The notes under the pieces: generated by a model | The model's database searches: none | Told to the model about the DNA's origin: nothing | The model's input: only the letters and a program-made list of their open reading frames with translations | Source of the DNA: Parcubacteria bacterium C7867-001 | Lineage (GTDB): Bacteria > Patescibacteriota > Minisyncoccia > Phycocordibacterales > Phycocordibacteraceae | Direction of reading: 5' to 3' | NCBI GenBank assembly: GCA_001189095.1 | Contig: LFCK01000001.1 | Coordinates: 84,485 to 148,484, forward strand | DNA: 64,000 nucleotides | Shown here: piece after piece, positions 8,120 to 16,214 of the stretch | Numbering within the stretch: the stretch's first letter is position 1 | Layout of the letters: the number at the start of each line of letters is the position of its first letter | Translations under genes and position numbers: made by a program

Positions 8120-11017
8120 TTATATCGCCCCCTGAAGCTGGTCGAGAAGGTTAAGCAGGTTCTGGGTTTCAGCTTCAACAAGGGCTCCTTTTGCTGACTT
8201 TGCCCTGACTGCTTTTGCCATGGTATCGATAGATTTGCCTATTCCGGCAACGCTCTCCAGCTTTCCAAGCTTTGCCAGAAGAGACGATTTTAGAGATAGG
8301 CTAATATTTGCAGAATTTATTTGGCCCTTTAATTCTAGAATAAGCGCGGGATCGAAGGGGACGATTGAGCTTTGGGCCAGTAGCTCATCAAGAAGAGCGA
8401 TGAGTGTGTTTGCTGTAGACGCGTCGATTCTTCCTTTCTCAGCCTTCTTTTCAAGTTGCATCTTAATTTTCGATAAGGAGTTAGTCTGTTTCTGTTTTTG
8501 CTTTGCGATTTTCGTTTCTACGTTAGCAATCTTATTTTGCAGCTGTGTCTTTACCTTCGCAGAAGCGTTTAAGTTTTGGACGGCGTTCTTGAGATTGCTC
8601 AAGACGTGTTCGATTGAGAGGTTCGAGCCATCGGATGGGATATACGTATCTACTTGACCGTCCCCGTTCTGATCAACTTCAAGCTCTGTGTTTACGAGTG
8701 TGGTTCCGTCAATCGAGAAAGTTGCAGAAACGGATGGCGTCACAGGCATGTCCGTAAAGCCGGAAAAGGGGTGAATTTCATCGTTCACAAAAGTTGCTGT
8801 CTCAATACTTGCCTGTCCAGTGTCAGTGCCTTTGAATTTAAGCGTGTAGTTCACACCTTTAGGAAGGAAAAGATATTGGTTTTCGCCCGAAACGAGGAAA
8901 TTGCTTCCCGGAATGTTCTTAGAAATGAAAAGAATTTCCGACGTCAAATCTTGATTTTGATCGATACCTGTAAAATTTCCCTCAGAATCGTAAGCGCCGA
9001 TTAATATTGGTGAACGAGTAATGATAAGTAACTGTTCATCTATTTCAGAGACGTCTGGACGCTGGTCGAGAATATAAGTTGTAGTTGTTACTGACTCGCG
9101 CTTTAAAACAGAGCCTATAACTTCTTGGACGGGACCCGTGTTTAACAGATCTTTATGATCAAAATCGTGCCCCGCTTGATTCCCATTAAAAAGAGAGAGG
9201 TCGAAGAAGTACTTTTCCCCAGTAGAAGAAAGGGCGCTTGGATATACAACGGTCTGGTCGCCCTCAACGGTTGGCACTATTTTATAGCTTCGTATCGGCG
9301 TCGGAATTCCAAAAACGTGGGCATTCCAGTACGTTATCGCTTTTGTTGTAGTCAACCCCCACCCAGCGACCTGTACAACGCGTATATGCGAGGGAATTGA
9401 ATAGGAGTCCAGACCTTCATGGAGTTGGGTGCTCCTTGCGAGTAGAACTGGATCAAGCACCTCTGGAGTGCCGAGATCAGTGGGCTGTGGTGGTGTGCGG
9501 GTTACACCGGTCCCTGTGAGAAACTCGGTAAATTCATCGTAGGCATCAATAGAAACCCAAAGATCACGCCATGCTTGCGTATAGGATGCATTTTCGTCAA
9601 ACGAAATAGGAGGCGACTGTACCGAATCAAAGTACATCTTGCTGGGCAAGAGATCATAAGTGCTCTGCATATTCTGTGCAACAGAACGCGTTGCTGGAGA
9701 GCGTACAAAGAACTCGAGCGCGAGCGGTTGTTCTCCATGGAGCAATGAGGGTATTGCTTGCGGCGTTCCGAGCTGGGGTGTTCCAATCATGACGAACGAA
9801 CCGATCAAGCCGTCTTTCCCTTCTCCCTGCAGTTTCTTGATTAGTGTTTTGCCTAGCAGGCCTCCCATCGAGTGAGCAACAATGGTCACTTTGCCGGTTT
9901 TGGAATTTGCCGCTAGTGCCTCGAAGGTTGCTACAGGATCAACTATTCCGTTCTGAGTCTTTATTCCATCAGAGAGAATTCTCTCAGGAGAGAAACGCCA
10001 GTCATACGCAAGAGGTTTCCATTCGCGTATCACGCTGGTCGTGGCGAGGTCGTCCATAAAGGAAGCGAATCCACCGTAGAGATTAGCTCCGTAGAAATCA
10101 CTTAAAGCACCCGCGACCGTAATGTCGTTTACGCTGTTTCCGTTCTCATCAAGTGCGAGACGACTAACGTCATGGCTCCAAATGCTCGGCGGCCAAAGAG
10201 AATCGTTTCCTTCTTTTAAGGCACTACCCTCAATACCCGGAAGGAAAAGAACATTGTCGTTGCAGTTTTCCGTACAAACGGGAATTGGTGGCGCATCGGT
10301 TGAAAGGCGGAGATACACCGCACCGGTATTTACGTTCGGAGCATCCTGAATGCCGTCATTGCCGAACGGATACTGCGATACGCTCGCTCCCACCATCGAA
10401 AGTCCCGGATAGTAATACGTTTCGCCATGCAGATCTGTTTCGCTCACAATGCCGTTGCCATTAATTTCAAAGACATAGTGCTGTCCGGCAGCAAGAACGG
10501 TGCCGGAGGGGAACGAAAATGAGGCGATGCAGGGAGCTGAGAACGGACTTGCGGCTGAGCCGTCACCATTACAGAAATCCCCATTTTGAGCTTCAAACAA
10601 CGTTGAGGCGGGAATCGGTGCTGACGCGGCAACCAACTCACCCGTAACCCATGACTCATCAGCCGCATATATTTTCACCGCAACGGTGCCGGCAGTAAGC
10701 GGGTGCGCAGAAATATTTGGGAACCCTCCGACGGTCAGATATACCTCGAAAGTATCGAAAGTGTAGGAATGATCCGCGTCATACCAGTGGTCGAAATCCT
10801 TGGCGACATCCATCCAGATACCACCCGGCGTCGTGCTCGAGATTTCTGAGTAGAGCAAACCACCACCAACAAAAGCGCCGTTTGGGGAGCCCCAAACGGC
10901 GTGCGGAAATTCATAGACGACCGTGCTCGACGCAGTGTCAGCGAAAACAGGAAAGGGAAGCGCGCCAAGCGCAAGGAGTAAAAGCCCTATGTGGCCCGCG
11001 ACCTGGAAACGCGGCAT
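8120..11017 (-). CDS. Large secreted alpha/beta-hydrolase (LCAT/PGAP1-like lipase/acyltransferase)
   Basis: Signal peptide; VLFLPGIEGS, YDWR, AHSMGG nucleophile elbow, GTPQLG, EGDQTV, DHKDL; Ca-binding-like DQNGDGQVD; helical C-terminus. Confidence 0.85.
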   Translation of the reverse strand: MPRFQVAGHIGLLLLALGALPFPVFADTASSTVVYEFPHAVWGSPNGAFVGGGLLYSEISSTTPGGIWMDVAKDFDHWYDADHSYTFDTFEVYLTVGGFPNISAHPLTAGTVAVKIYAADESWVTGELVAASAPIPASTLFEAQNGDFCNGDGSAASPFSAPCIASFSFPSGTVLAAGQHYVFEINGNGIVSETDLHGETYYYPGLSMVGASVSQYPFGNDGIQDAPNVNTGAVYLRLSTDAPPIPVCTENCNDNVLFLPGIEGSALKEGNDSLWPPSIWSHDVSRLALDENGNSVNDITVAGALSDFYGANLYGGFASFMDDLATTSVIREWKPLAYDWRFSPERILSDGIKTQNGIVDPVATFEALAANSKTGKVTIVAHSMGGLLGKTLIKKLQGEGKDGLIGSFVMIGTPQLGTPQAIPSLLHGEQPLALEFFVRSPATRSVAQNMQSTYDLLPSKMYFDSVQSPPISFDENASYTQAWRDLWVSIDAYDEFTEFLTGTGVTRTPPQPTDLGTPEVLDPVLLARSTQLHEGLDSYSIPSHIRVVQVAGWGLTTTKAITYWNAHVFGIPTPIRSYKIVPTVEGDQTVVYPSALSSTGEKYFFDLSLFNGNQAGHDFDHKDLLNTGPVQEVIGSVLKRESVTTTTYILDQRPDVSEIDEQLLIITRSPILIGAYDSEGNFTGIDQNQDLTSEILFISKNIPGSNFLVSGENQYLFLPKGVNYTLKFKGTDTGQASIETATFVNDEIHPFSGFTDMPVTPSVSATFSIDGTTLVNTELEVDQNGDGQVDTYIPSDGSNLSIEHVLSNLKNAVQNLNASAKVKTQLQNKIANVETKIAKQKQKQTNSLSKIKMQLEKKAEKGRIDASTANTLIALLDELLAQSSIVPFDPALILELKGQINSANISLSLKSSLLAKLGKLESVAGIGKSIDTMAKAVRAKSAKGALVEAETQNLLNLLDQLQGAI

Positions 11018-11072
11018 GCCGCCACCCTACCAAATCCGTCACCCATTTACCAGCCCCCATCCTCTCTAGAGG

Positions 11073-11112
11073 AGGTAACTATAACTCTGGATATCCAGAG
11101 TTATAGTTACCT
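11073..11112. repeat. 40-bp perfect palindrome P1 (contains the stop codon of the PaaX/Cas2-like gene)
   Basis: AGGTAACTATAACTCTGGAT|ATCCAGAGTTATAGTTACCT, no spacer, no mismatch. Confidence 0.97.
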
Positions 11113-11685
11113 AGGTTTTTCTAATTTTGGCAAAGAGAAGTGGGCGCGAAGGGCGGCTTCATTTTCAATATGATCAACAATCATATACAAAAGATTCTTT
11201 CCTATCCGTAACTCAGCTTTCAAGAGCGTCACAAGATCTTCGGCATTGTGTGGAGAAATCCAGACACTATTTTGCAATCGTACAAAGCCGAACGCAGTAA
11301 GCAGTTCTTTTATACGTTGTCGGAGAACTGGGGCTCGGCCCTGAATATCATAAATAACCAGACGCCATTTCTGATCCCACTTTTTTCTTCTCCCATCCCT
11401 ACCACACGAAGCAAGGAAAAACTTACCTTTGTCTGTAATGCGTATGCGGGATGTGCCGCTCTCCCTCTGAATTTCGAGGTATCCAAGTCGAGCAAGTCGG
11501 TCAATGCTTTTTCGAATCTGAAGCCTTCTCTGAACCACGTGTTTTATCTGGCCTAACGCAACGAGAACGTTGGGAGCGACTATTGCGACAGAAATTAATC
11601 CAGATGTCGCTACAGTAGCCAATATGGCTTTATTGATTTTGGTTCGTCGGATGGACTTGTGGTTCGCTGCTTCTAGTTTACCCAT
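11107..11685 (-). CDS. PaaX-like protein: hydrophobic N-terminal helix, wHTH, Cas2-like (PaaX central) domain
   Basis: LARLGYLEI..IRITDKG (wHTH wing) and WDQKWRLVIYDI..FGFVRLQNSVWISP. ATG 6 nt after the TATAAT inside palindrome P2. Confidence 0.85.
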   Translation of the reverse strand: MGKLEAANHKSIRRTKINKAILATVATSGLISVAIVAPNVLVALGQIKHVVQRRLQIRKSIDRLARLGYLEIQRESGTSRIRITDKGKFFLASCGRDGRRKKWDQKWRLVIYDIQGRAPVLRQRIKELLTAFGFVRLQNSVWISPHNAEDLVTLLKAELRIGKNLLYMIVDHIENEAALRAHFSLPKLEKPR

Positions 11686-11686
11686 G

Positions 11687-11726
11687 AAGTAATTATAACT
11701 CTGGATATCCAGAGTTATAATTACTT
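11687..11726. repeat. 40-bp perfect palindrome P2 overlapping the -10 box of the PaaX/Cas2-like gene
   Basis: AAGTAATTATAACTCTGGAT|ATCCAGAGTTATAATTACTT. Confidence 0.97.
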
Positions 11727-11735
11727 GTGTATATA

Positions 11736-11791
11736 GCATTAACGCATTAACGCGTTGAGGCTTTGAGGCACTGAGGCATTAAGACATGGAC
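11736..11791. repeat. Degenerate 8-bp tandem array (about 7 units)
   Basis: GCATTAAC GCATTAAC GCGTTGAG GCTTTGAG GCACTGAG GCATTAAG ACATGGAC. Confidence 0.7.
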
Positions 11792-11839
11792 GTATACGTA
11801 TATATGTGTACGGCTTGCATAAAAGTTTTGAAAAAGAGA

Positions 11840-11864
11840 AAGTCCGGCGCAGAGCGCCGGACTT
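11840..11864. terminator. GC-rich triloop hairpin
   Basis: AAGTCCGGCGC-aga-GCGCCGGACTT. Confidence 0.75.
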
Positions 11865-11884
11865 GTTTTGTTGAATGCGAGAGA

Positions 11885-12159
11885 TCAGTGCTCAGCGCGA
11901 CGTTCGCTCTGCAGAATGGTCGAGACGAGGCACATGCCGCCGATGAGGGCGCACAGCAGCCCGCCGAACTGTGAGGTGCTGCTCGCTTCGAACGAGAGCC
12001 ACGTGGGCAGAAGCGCTGCGCAGCCGCCTGAGGCAATCGCGAGAAGCGAAAGGAACGCGCGGACGAATGAAGGGCGCATGACCGCGACAAAAATGCCGTA
12101 ATCACAGCTACCCCAAACAGAGCCTGTTCGATGAGTACGAGCTCAAGGGTATTCGACAT
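11885..12159 (-). pseudogene. Frameshifted small membrane protein (cassette type)
   Basis: GAGGAG SD plus MSNTLELVLIEQALFGVAVITAF. One extra T in the T5 run (12089-12093) joins it in frame to VAVMRPSFVRAFLSLL... Confidence 0.55.
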
Positions 12160-12255
12160 TGGACTCCTCCACAAAGGTGCAGGAAAACGGCCTGCACTCC
12201 AGCCTTCGTTTATACGCCCCCTTCAAAAAAAAGGCAATACGGTACAATGAGGCCC

Positions 12256-13089
12256 ATGAAGCGGGCGACCAAAAAAAAGACGAAGAAACTGCCGATCGAC
12301 TATTGGAGCCATTCCTCCCTTATGGCGTTCTTGCGTAACCCGCTCACGTGGCACAAGCGGTACGTTGAGAAGATATACGATCTTCCGCGCACGCCAGCCT
12401 CGGTGATTGGCAGTGCGGGGCACTATGCGCTCGAGCTCTTCTATAACGGTGCACTCAAGGAAGAGGCTATTAAGGAAGGACTTGATTACATCCGTCGAAT
12501 CTCAGACTTCGAACTTAACTTCGGGGTGGCGAAATCAAAGAAGGAGAAGCGCGCGAAGCGCGCCTCCATGGAACGCGATTATGTCCAAGCGATCAACTTT
12601 TATCTCGCGCGGCCGCCGCGTCACAAAGTGATTGGGGTCGAAGTGAAATCGATGGCGAGCGTTCCCGGTCTTCCGCTTCCGGTGAAGGCAATCTCCGACC
12701 TTGTCGTTGAATCAAAGGGGAATCCGGGGATGGTCGATATCGTCGACCATAAGTTCGTTGATTCTTTTAGTAAGGGAAGTGATAAGCCTGCGTTCGCACT
12801 CCAAGCGCTTTTCAATTACTACACCGTGACCGAGCTGTATGGGAAGCCAGTCTGTCGCTTCATCGTGTATGAATGCAAGAAGCGTAAAAATGCTGACGGA
12901 CGGCCGCAGCTACGTAAATACGTGCTTGTCTATTCGGAAATAGAAGACATGTTCCTGTTCTTCCATCGACTTCTTCAAGATGCAACGGACGAGCTTGCAC
13001 GCGAACGTGCGTATCTTCCGAATCCTTCAGATATGTTTGAGGGCGATCACTCAGTCGATCTCTATCGACTCGGACTTGTGAATCAGTGA
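12256..13089 (+). CDS. PD-(D/E)XK nuclease family protein (RecB/Cas4-like superfamily)
   Basis: SHSSL..GSAGHYALE, GVEV, ISDLV, IVDHK, QALFNY. ATG 7 nt after TACAAT. Confidence 0.8.
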   Translation: MKRATKKKTKKLPIDYWSHSSLMAFLRNPLTWHKRYVEKIYDLPRTPASVIGSAGHYALELFYNGALKEEAIKEGLDYIRRISDFELNFGVAKSKKEKRAKRASMERDYVQAINFYLARPPRHKVIGVEVKSMASVPGLPLPVKAISDLVVESKGNPGMVDIVDHKFVDSFSKGSDKPAFALQALFNYYTVTELYGKPVCRFIVYECKKRKNADGRPQLRKYVLVYSEIEDMFLFFHRLLQDATDELARERAYLPNPSDMFEGDHSVDLYRLGLVNQ

Positions 13090-13781
13090 GCTGCTTCTGC
13101 GAGCGATTTCTCGATGATTTTCTTCATTGAGGTGTAGTTCACCGCACCTGAGATGGTGACTGGATTCTTTCCTTTCACAAGGAGGATGGTGTAGGGGGCG
13201 CCACTCGCGCCGGCCTCAAGACCGTTCGTGTAGTCCGCAATGACACGCTTGCCGACGCTTTCGTCTGCAAGACAGGTGTCGAAGAGTTTTGCGTCGATGC
13301 CAAGACCCGGAAGGAGTTTGCCATAGTCAGCTGGATCGAATTCTTGATCGGCAGGGGCGGTTGAGTGCATGGCATTCAAGAAGCTCCAAAACGCGTTCTC
13401 GCCTTTAATGCGGGAGGCGCATTCAGCTGCAGCAGCATTCTTCGCTGCGTTCGGGTGTTCTTCAACGACAGGGAAATGGCGGTACACCCATGCGATCTTT
13501 CCATCGTTGCCATATTCAGTCATGAGCTGCGCGAGCGTTGCCTCAAATTGTTTGCAGTACTCGCAGTCGGTATCCGAGTATTCGATGAGCATGACGGGCG
13601 CTGAAGGATTCCCAACGATGTGGTCGTTTGCGGGGTCAACAGGACGAACGGCTGAAGGGGAACCGAGTTGTGCATTGGAAGGATCCGAGGTGCGCACGAC
13701 GTACACAGCTATAGAAATAACGATACCGGCGAGGAGGATAGCGCCCGGAATGAGAATGGAACTGCGAATTTCAGGGTTCAT
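13083..13781 (-). CDS. Membrane-anchored DsbA-family thiol-disulfide oxidoreductase
   Basis: EYSDTDCEYCK, YRHFP, GAP cis-Pro loop, N-terminal TM. Confidence 0.9.
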   Translation of the reverse strand: MNPEIRSSILIPGAILLAGIVISIAVYVVRTSDPSNAQLGSPSAVRPVDPANDHIVGNPSAPVMLIEYSDTDCEYCKQFEATLAQLMTEYGNDGKIAWVYRHFPVVEEHPNAAKNAAAAECASRIKGENAFWSFLNAMHSTAPADQEFDPADYGKLLPGLGIDAKLFDTCLADESVGKRVIADYTNGLEAGASGAPYTILLVKGKNPVTISGAVNYTSMKKIIEKSLAEAAH

Positions 13782-13857
13782 GAAAAAAGTATAGCATCGG
13801 CGCTCGCGCTGAATATGCAGTGTGGGTAAAAGAGAAAGGTCCCGTGCATCACGGGAC

Positions 13858-14220
13858 CTAACGTTTCCGATTCGATCGGGGGATATTGGCGAGCGCGCGG
13901 CGCTCGTACTCGGGGCCGGTTCTCCCGGCTTGTGCTACGCGTACGGAATATTTACCGCCGTAGAATTCGTAGATGATATCAGCGATATCAGCATAGAGTT
14001 CGTCTGGCAGATAGCTTTTCACAATAACGCGTATCTTGTGTTGATTGTCTGTCGAAGGGTCACCTGGCCCGATTTGACTGCTTTCAACAACAGAGCAGAA
14101 TTCCTCCCTGCTCACAAAGCGCCCGTGGTACTGGGCGTCCAAGTACTCGCTGACCTTTCGGCACAAACGAGCTTTTCCCTCCTGATCGTATATATCCGAT
14201 AGGAAGTGTATTCGAATCAT
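13858..14220 (-). CDS. Hypothetical protein (cassette type)
   Basis: GGGAGG SD, TTTACA-17-TATTCT (14284-14256), hairpin AGGTCCCGTG..CACGGGACCT at the stop. Confidence 0.6.
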   Translation of the reverse strand: MIRIHFLSDIYDQEGKARLCRKVSEYLDAQYHGRFVSREEFCSVVESSQIGPGDPSTDNQHKIRVIVKSYLPDELYADIADIIYEFYGGKYSVRVAQAGRTGPEYERRALANIPRSNRKR

Positions 14221-14288
14221 CGACACCTCCCTTTCCGGATTTATTGTCTGCCGGCAGAATACGACGAATCCTTCTATTTGTAAATAGG

Positions 14289-14867
14289 CTAGAGACCGAG
14301 GGTGTGGGTGAGGGAGGAGCCTTCGCCGCCAGTCTCCCAGTTGCGTGTGTCGAGCTTCAGTTCCTTCACTTCCCGCAAATCCTTGTATTTTATGTGTCCG
14401 TTCGCGAGCGCGTAGTCATAGAGATCGCGGGTGAGACGGACATCTTCAATGCAGTATTTCTTCACCTTGTCATAGAGGCCCTCTTCCCACCATTTTTGCG
14501 CTTCAAGCCCGTCGCCCGTCTTTCCGCGCTTCAAGGTCGCTTCACCAAGCGCTTGGAGGCGAATGCGTCGACCGAGTGCTTTATAAACTTCCGCAAGAAG
14601 GTCGAGTGATTTTATTTTCGTGAGGTCGCCCGGATAGTAGCGATTCAAGATAGGGATGTCGAAGGTGTCGGAATTAAAGCCGATGAGCATGTCTGCACGC
14701 TCGAAAATCGGCCAGAGCTTCGGAAGCTCTTCCTGCGTATATGCGGTGTACTCGCCGGTCTCCGTGTCATGAACGCCGACGACGGTGAGTTCTTGTGTCG
14801 CGATATCGACCTTCCCGCGAGAAAAGGAATCACTACGCGTCTCGATATCGAACGTAATAGCCCGCAT
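14289..14867 (-). CDS. RNase H-like (YprB/DEDD) 3'-5' exonuclease domain protein
   Basis: FDIET, GFNSDTFDIP, YCIEDV motifs. Confidence 0.85.
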   Translation of the reverse strand: MRAITFDIETRSDSFSRGKVDIATQELTVVGVHDTETGEYTAYTQEELPKLWPIFERADMLIGFNSDTFDIPILNRYYPGDLTKIKSLDLLAEVYKALGRRIRLQALGEATLKRGKTGDGLEAQKWWEEGLYDKVKKYCIEDVRLTRDLYDYALANGHIKYKDLREVKELKLDTRNWETGGEGSSLTHTLGL

Positions 14868-14868
14868 A

Positions 14869-16122
14869 TTACTTCGCTAGGTGAGCTGCAACGCCGCTTA
14901 TAGGAAGAGTAGTTTCTTCGCCGCTCTCGAGCTCTTTGAGGCGAACTTCGCCAGAGGACTGTTCGTCTTTACCGTAGGCAATGAAGTACGTGTTGCCGCG
15001 CTTGTCTGCTTCGCGGATCTGGTCGCCAAGGGATTTGCCGCCGACGTGCACAATAACGGAAACACCTCCATCGCGCAGGGTGTCGGCGAGTGTTTGCGCA
15101 GGAGCGATATCTTCTTCGCTTGGTGTACCTATATATATGGTTGCCGCGCTTTTTGCTACAGGTGCGATACCGTGAGTCGTGAGGAAGTCCATGAGGGTTA
15201 CGTCGCCCATGCCAAAGCCGATAGCAGGAATCGCGTCGCCACCGAACATTCCAACGAGGTTGTCGTAGCGACCGCCGCCGAAGAGTGAGCGGGAATTCTC
15301 CGGATTGGTGTCGAAGACTTCAAACACGAGGCCGGTGTAGTAATCAAATCCGCGGACGATTTCTGGATCGAAAACGACGTTTGTCATGCTGCGTGCGTTG
15401 AATGCCTCGATGAGTGAGAGGAGCGCGTCCTTTTCTTTTGCGATCTCTGCGTCGTCTGCTGACTCGATGAGTGAGAGCGGGTCGGGGCGTCCTTCAAGTG
15501 CAGCTTCGAATTCTTCTTTCGGCATCTTCGCCTTGCGATCAAGAAGACGGCGATATGAATCCTTTTCTTCGCTGCTTCTAAAACCGGCTGCGTTGCATGC
15601 TGCATCGAGAAGTGAGCGGGAACTTATGCGGATGGAGAAATCCTTATCCTGCGCGCCGAAGGCGCGCAGGAGTTTCGAAGCGATGACGATGATTTCACCA
15701 TCCGCCTTCGCGTCCTTCATGCCGAGCAGGTCGACATTGAGCTGGTAGTGCTCGCGCAAGCGTCCGCGCTGCGGGCGCTCATAACGGAAAACGTTTGGAA
15801 TCGAGAACCAGCGGACAGGGAAGGCGAGTTCGCGGCGCTTTGCTGCCACCATGCGCGCCAAGGTCGGCGTCATCTCCGGACGAAGTGTGACTTTGCGATC
15901 ACCGCGGTCGGTAAAGGTGTAGGTCTGCTCGTTCACGATTTCCTCCGAGGTCTTGCTTTCGTAGAGCGAAGCCGGCTCGAGCGGTGAGGCGTTGTATTCC
16001 TCGTAGCCGTAGGACTTCAGAACGCGGCGCAGGGTCTCGAAGGCGGACGAAAGCGCCGCCCAGTCCTCAGGGTAGAAATCACGCACTCCTTTATATGGTT
16101 CGGTTGAAAGCTCGCCCTTCAT
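14869..16122 (-). CDS. hisS: Histidine--tRNA ligase
   Basis: LRPEMT, FRYERPQRGRLREHYQ, RGFDYYTG, GGGRYD. Confidence 0.97.
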   Translation of the reverse strand: MKGELSTEPYKGVRDFYPEDWAALSSAFETLRRVLKSYGYEEYNASPLEPASLYESKTSEEIVNEQTYTFTDRGDRKVTLRPEMTPTLARMVAAKRRELAFPVRWFSIPNVFRYERPQRGRLREHYQLNVDLLGMKDAKADGEIIVIASKLLRAFGAQDKDFSIRISSRSLLDAACNAAGFRSSEEKDSYRRLLDRKAKMPKEEFEAALEGRPDPLSLIESADDAEIAKEKDALLSLIEAFNARSMTNVVFDPEIVRGFDYYTGLVFEVFDTNPENSRSLFGGGRYDNLVGMFGGDAIPAIGFGMGDVTLMDFLTTHGIAPVAKSAATIYIGTPSEEDIAPAQTLADTLRDGGVSVIVHVGGKSLGDQIREADKRGNTYFIAYGKDEQSSGEVRLKELESGEETTLPISGVAAHLAK

Positions 16123-16214
16123 AGGAAAGAGTGTAGCAGATAGGGGGCCGGTATGAAAAATAAAACGGGCGGGACCAAAGGTCCCGCCCGCATGGACGCC
16201 CGTGGCGTCCGTTT

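Noticed and set aside
11073..13089. CRISPR-Cas locus (Cas2-like gene, repeats, nearby Cas4-like nuclease)
   Set aside because: Only two repeats, separated by a whole gene. No spacer array and no cas1. The nuclease lacks the Cas4 cysteine cluster and has a core-type leaderless start.
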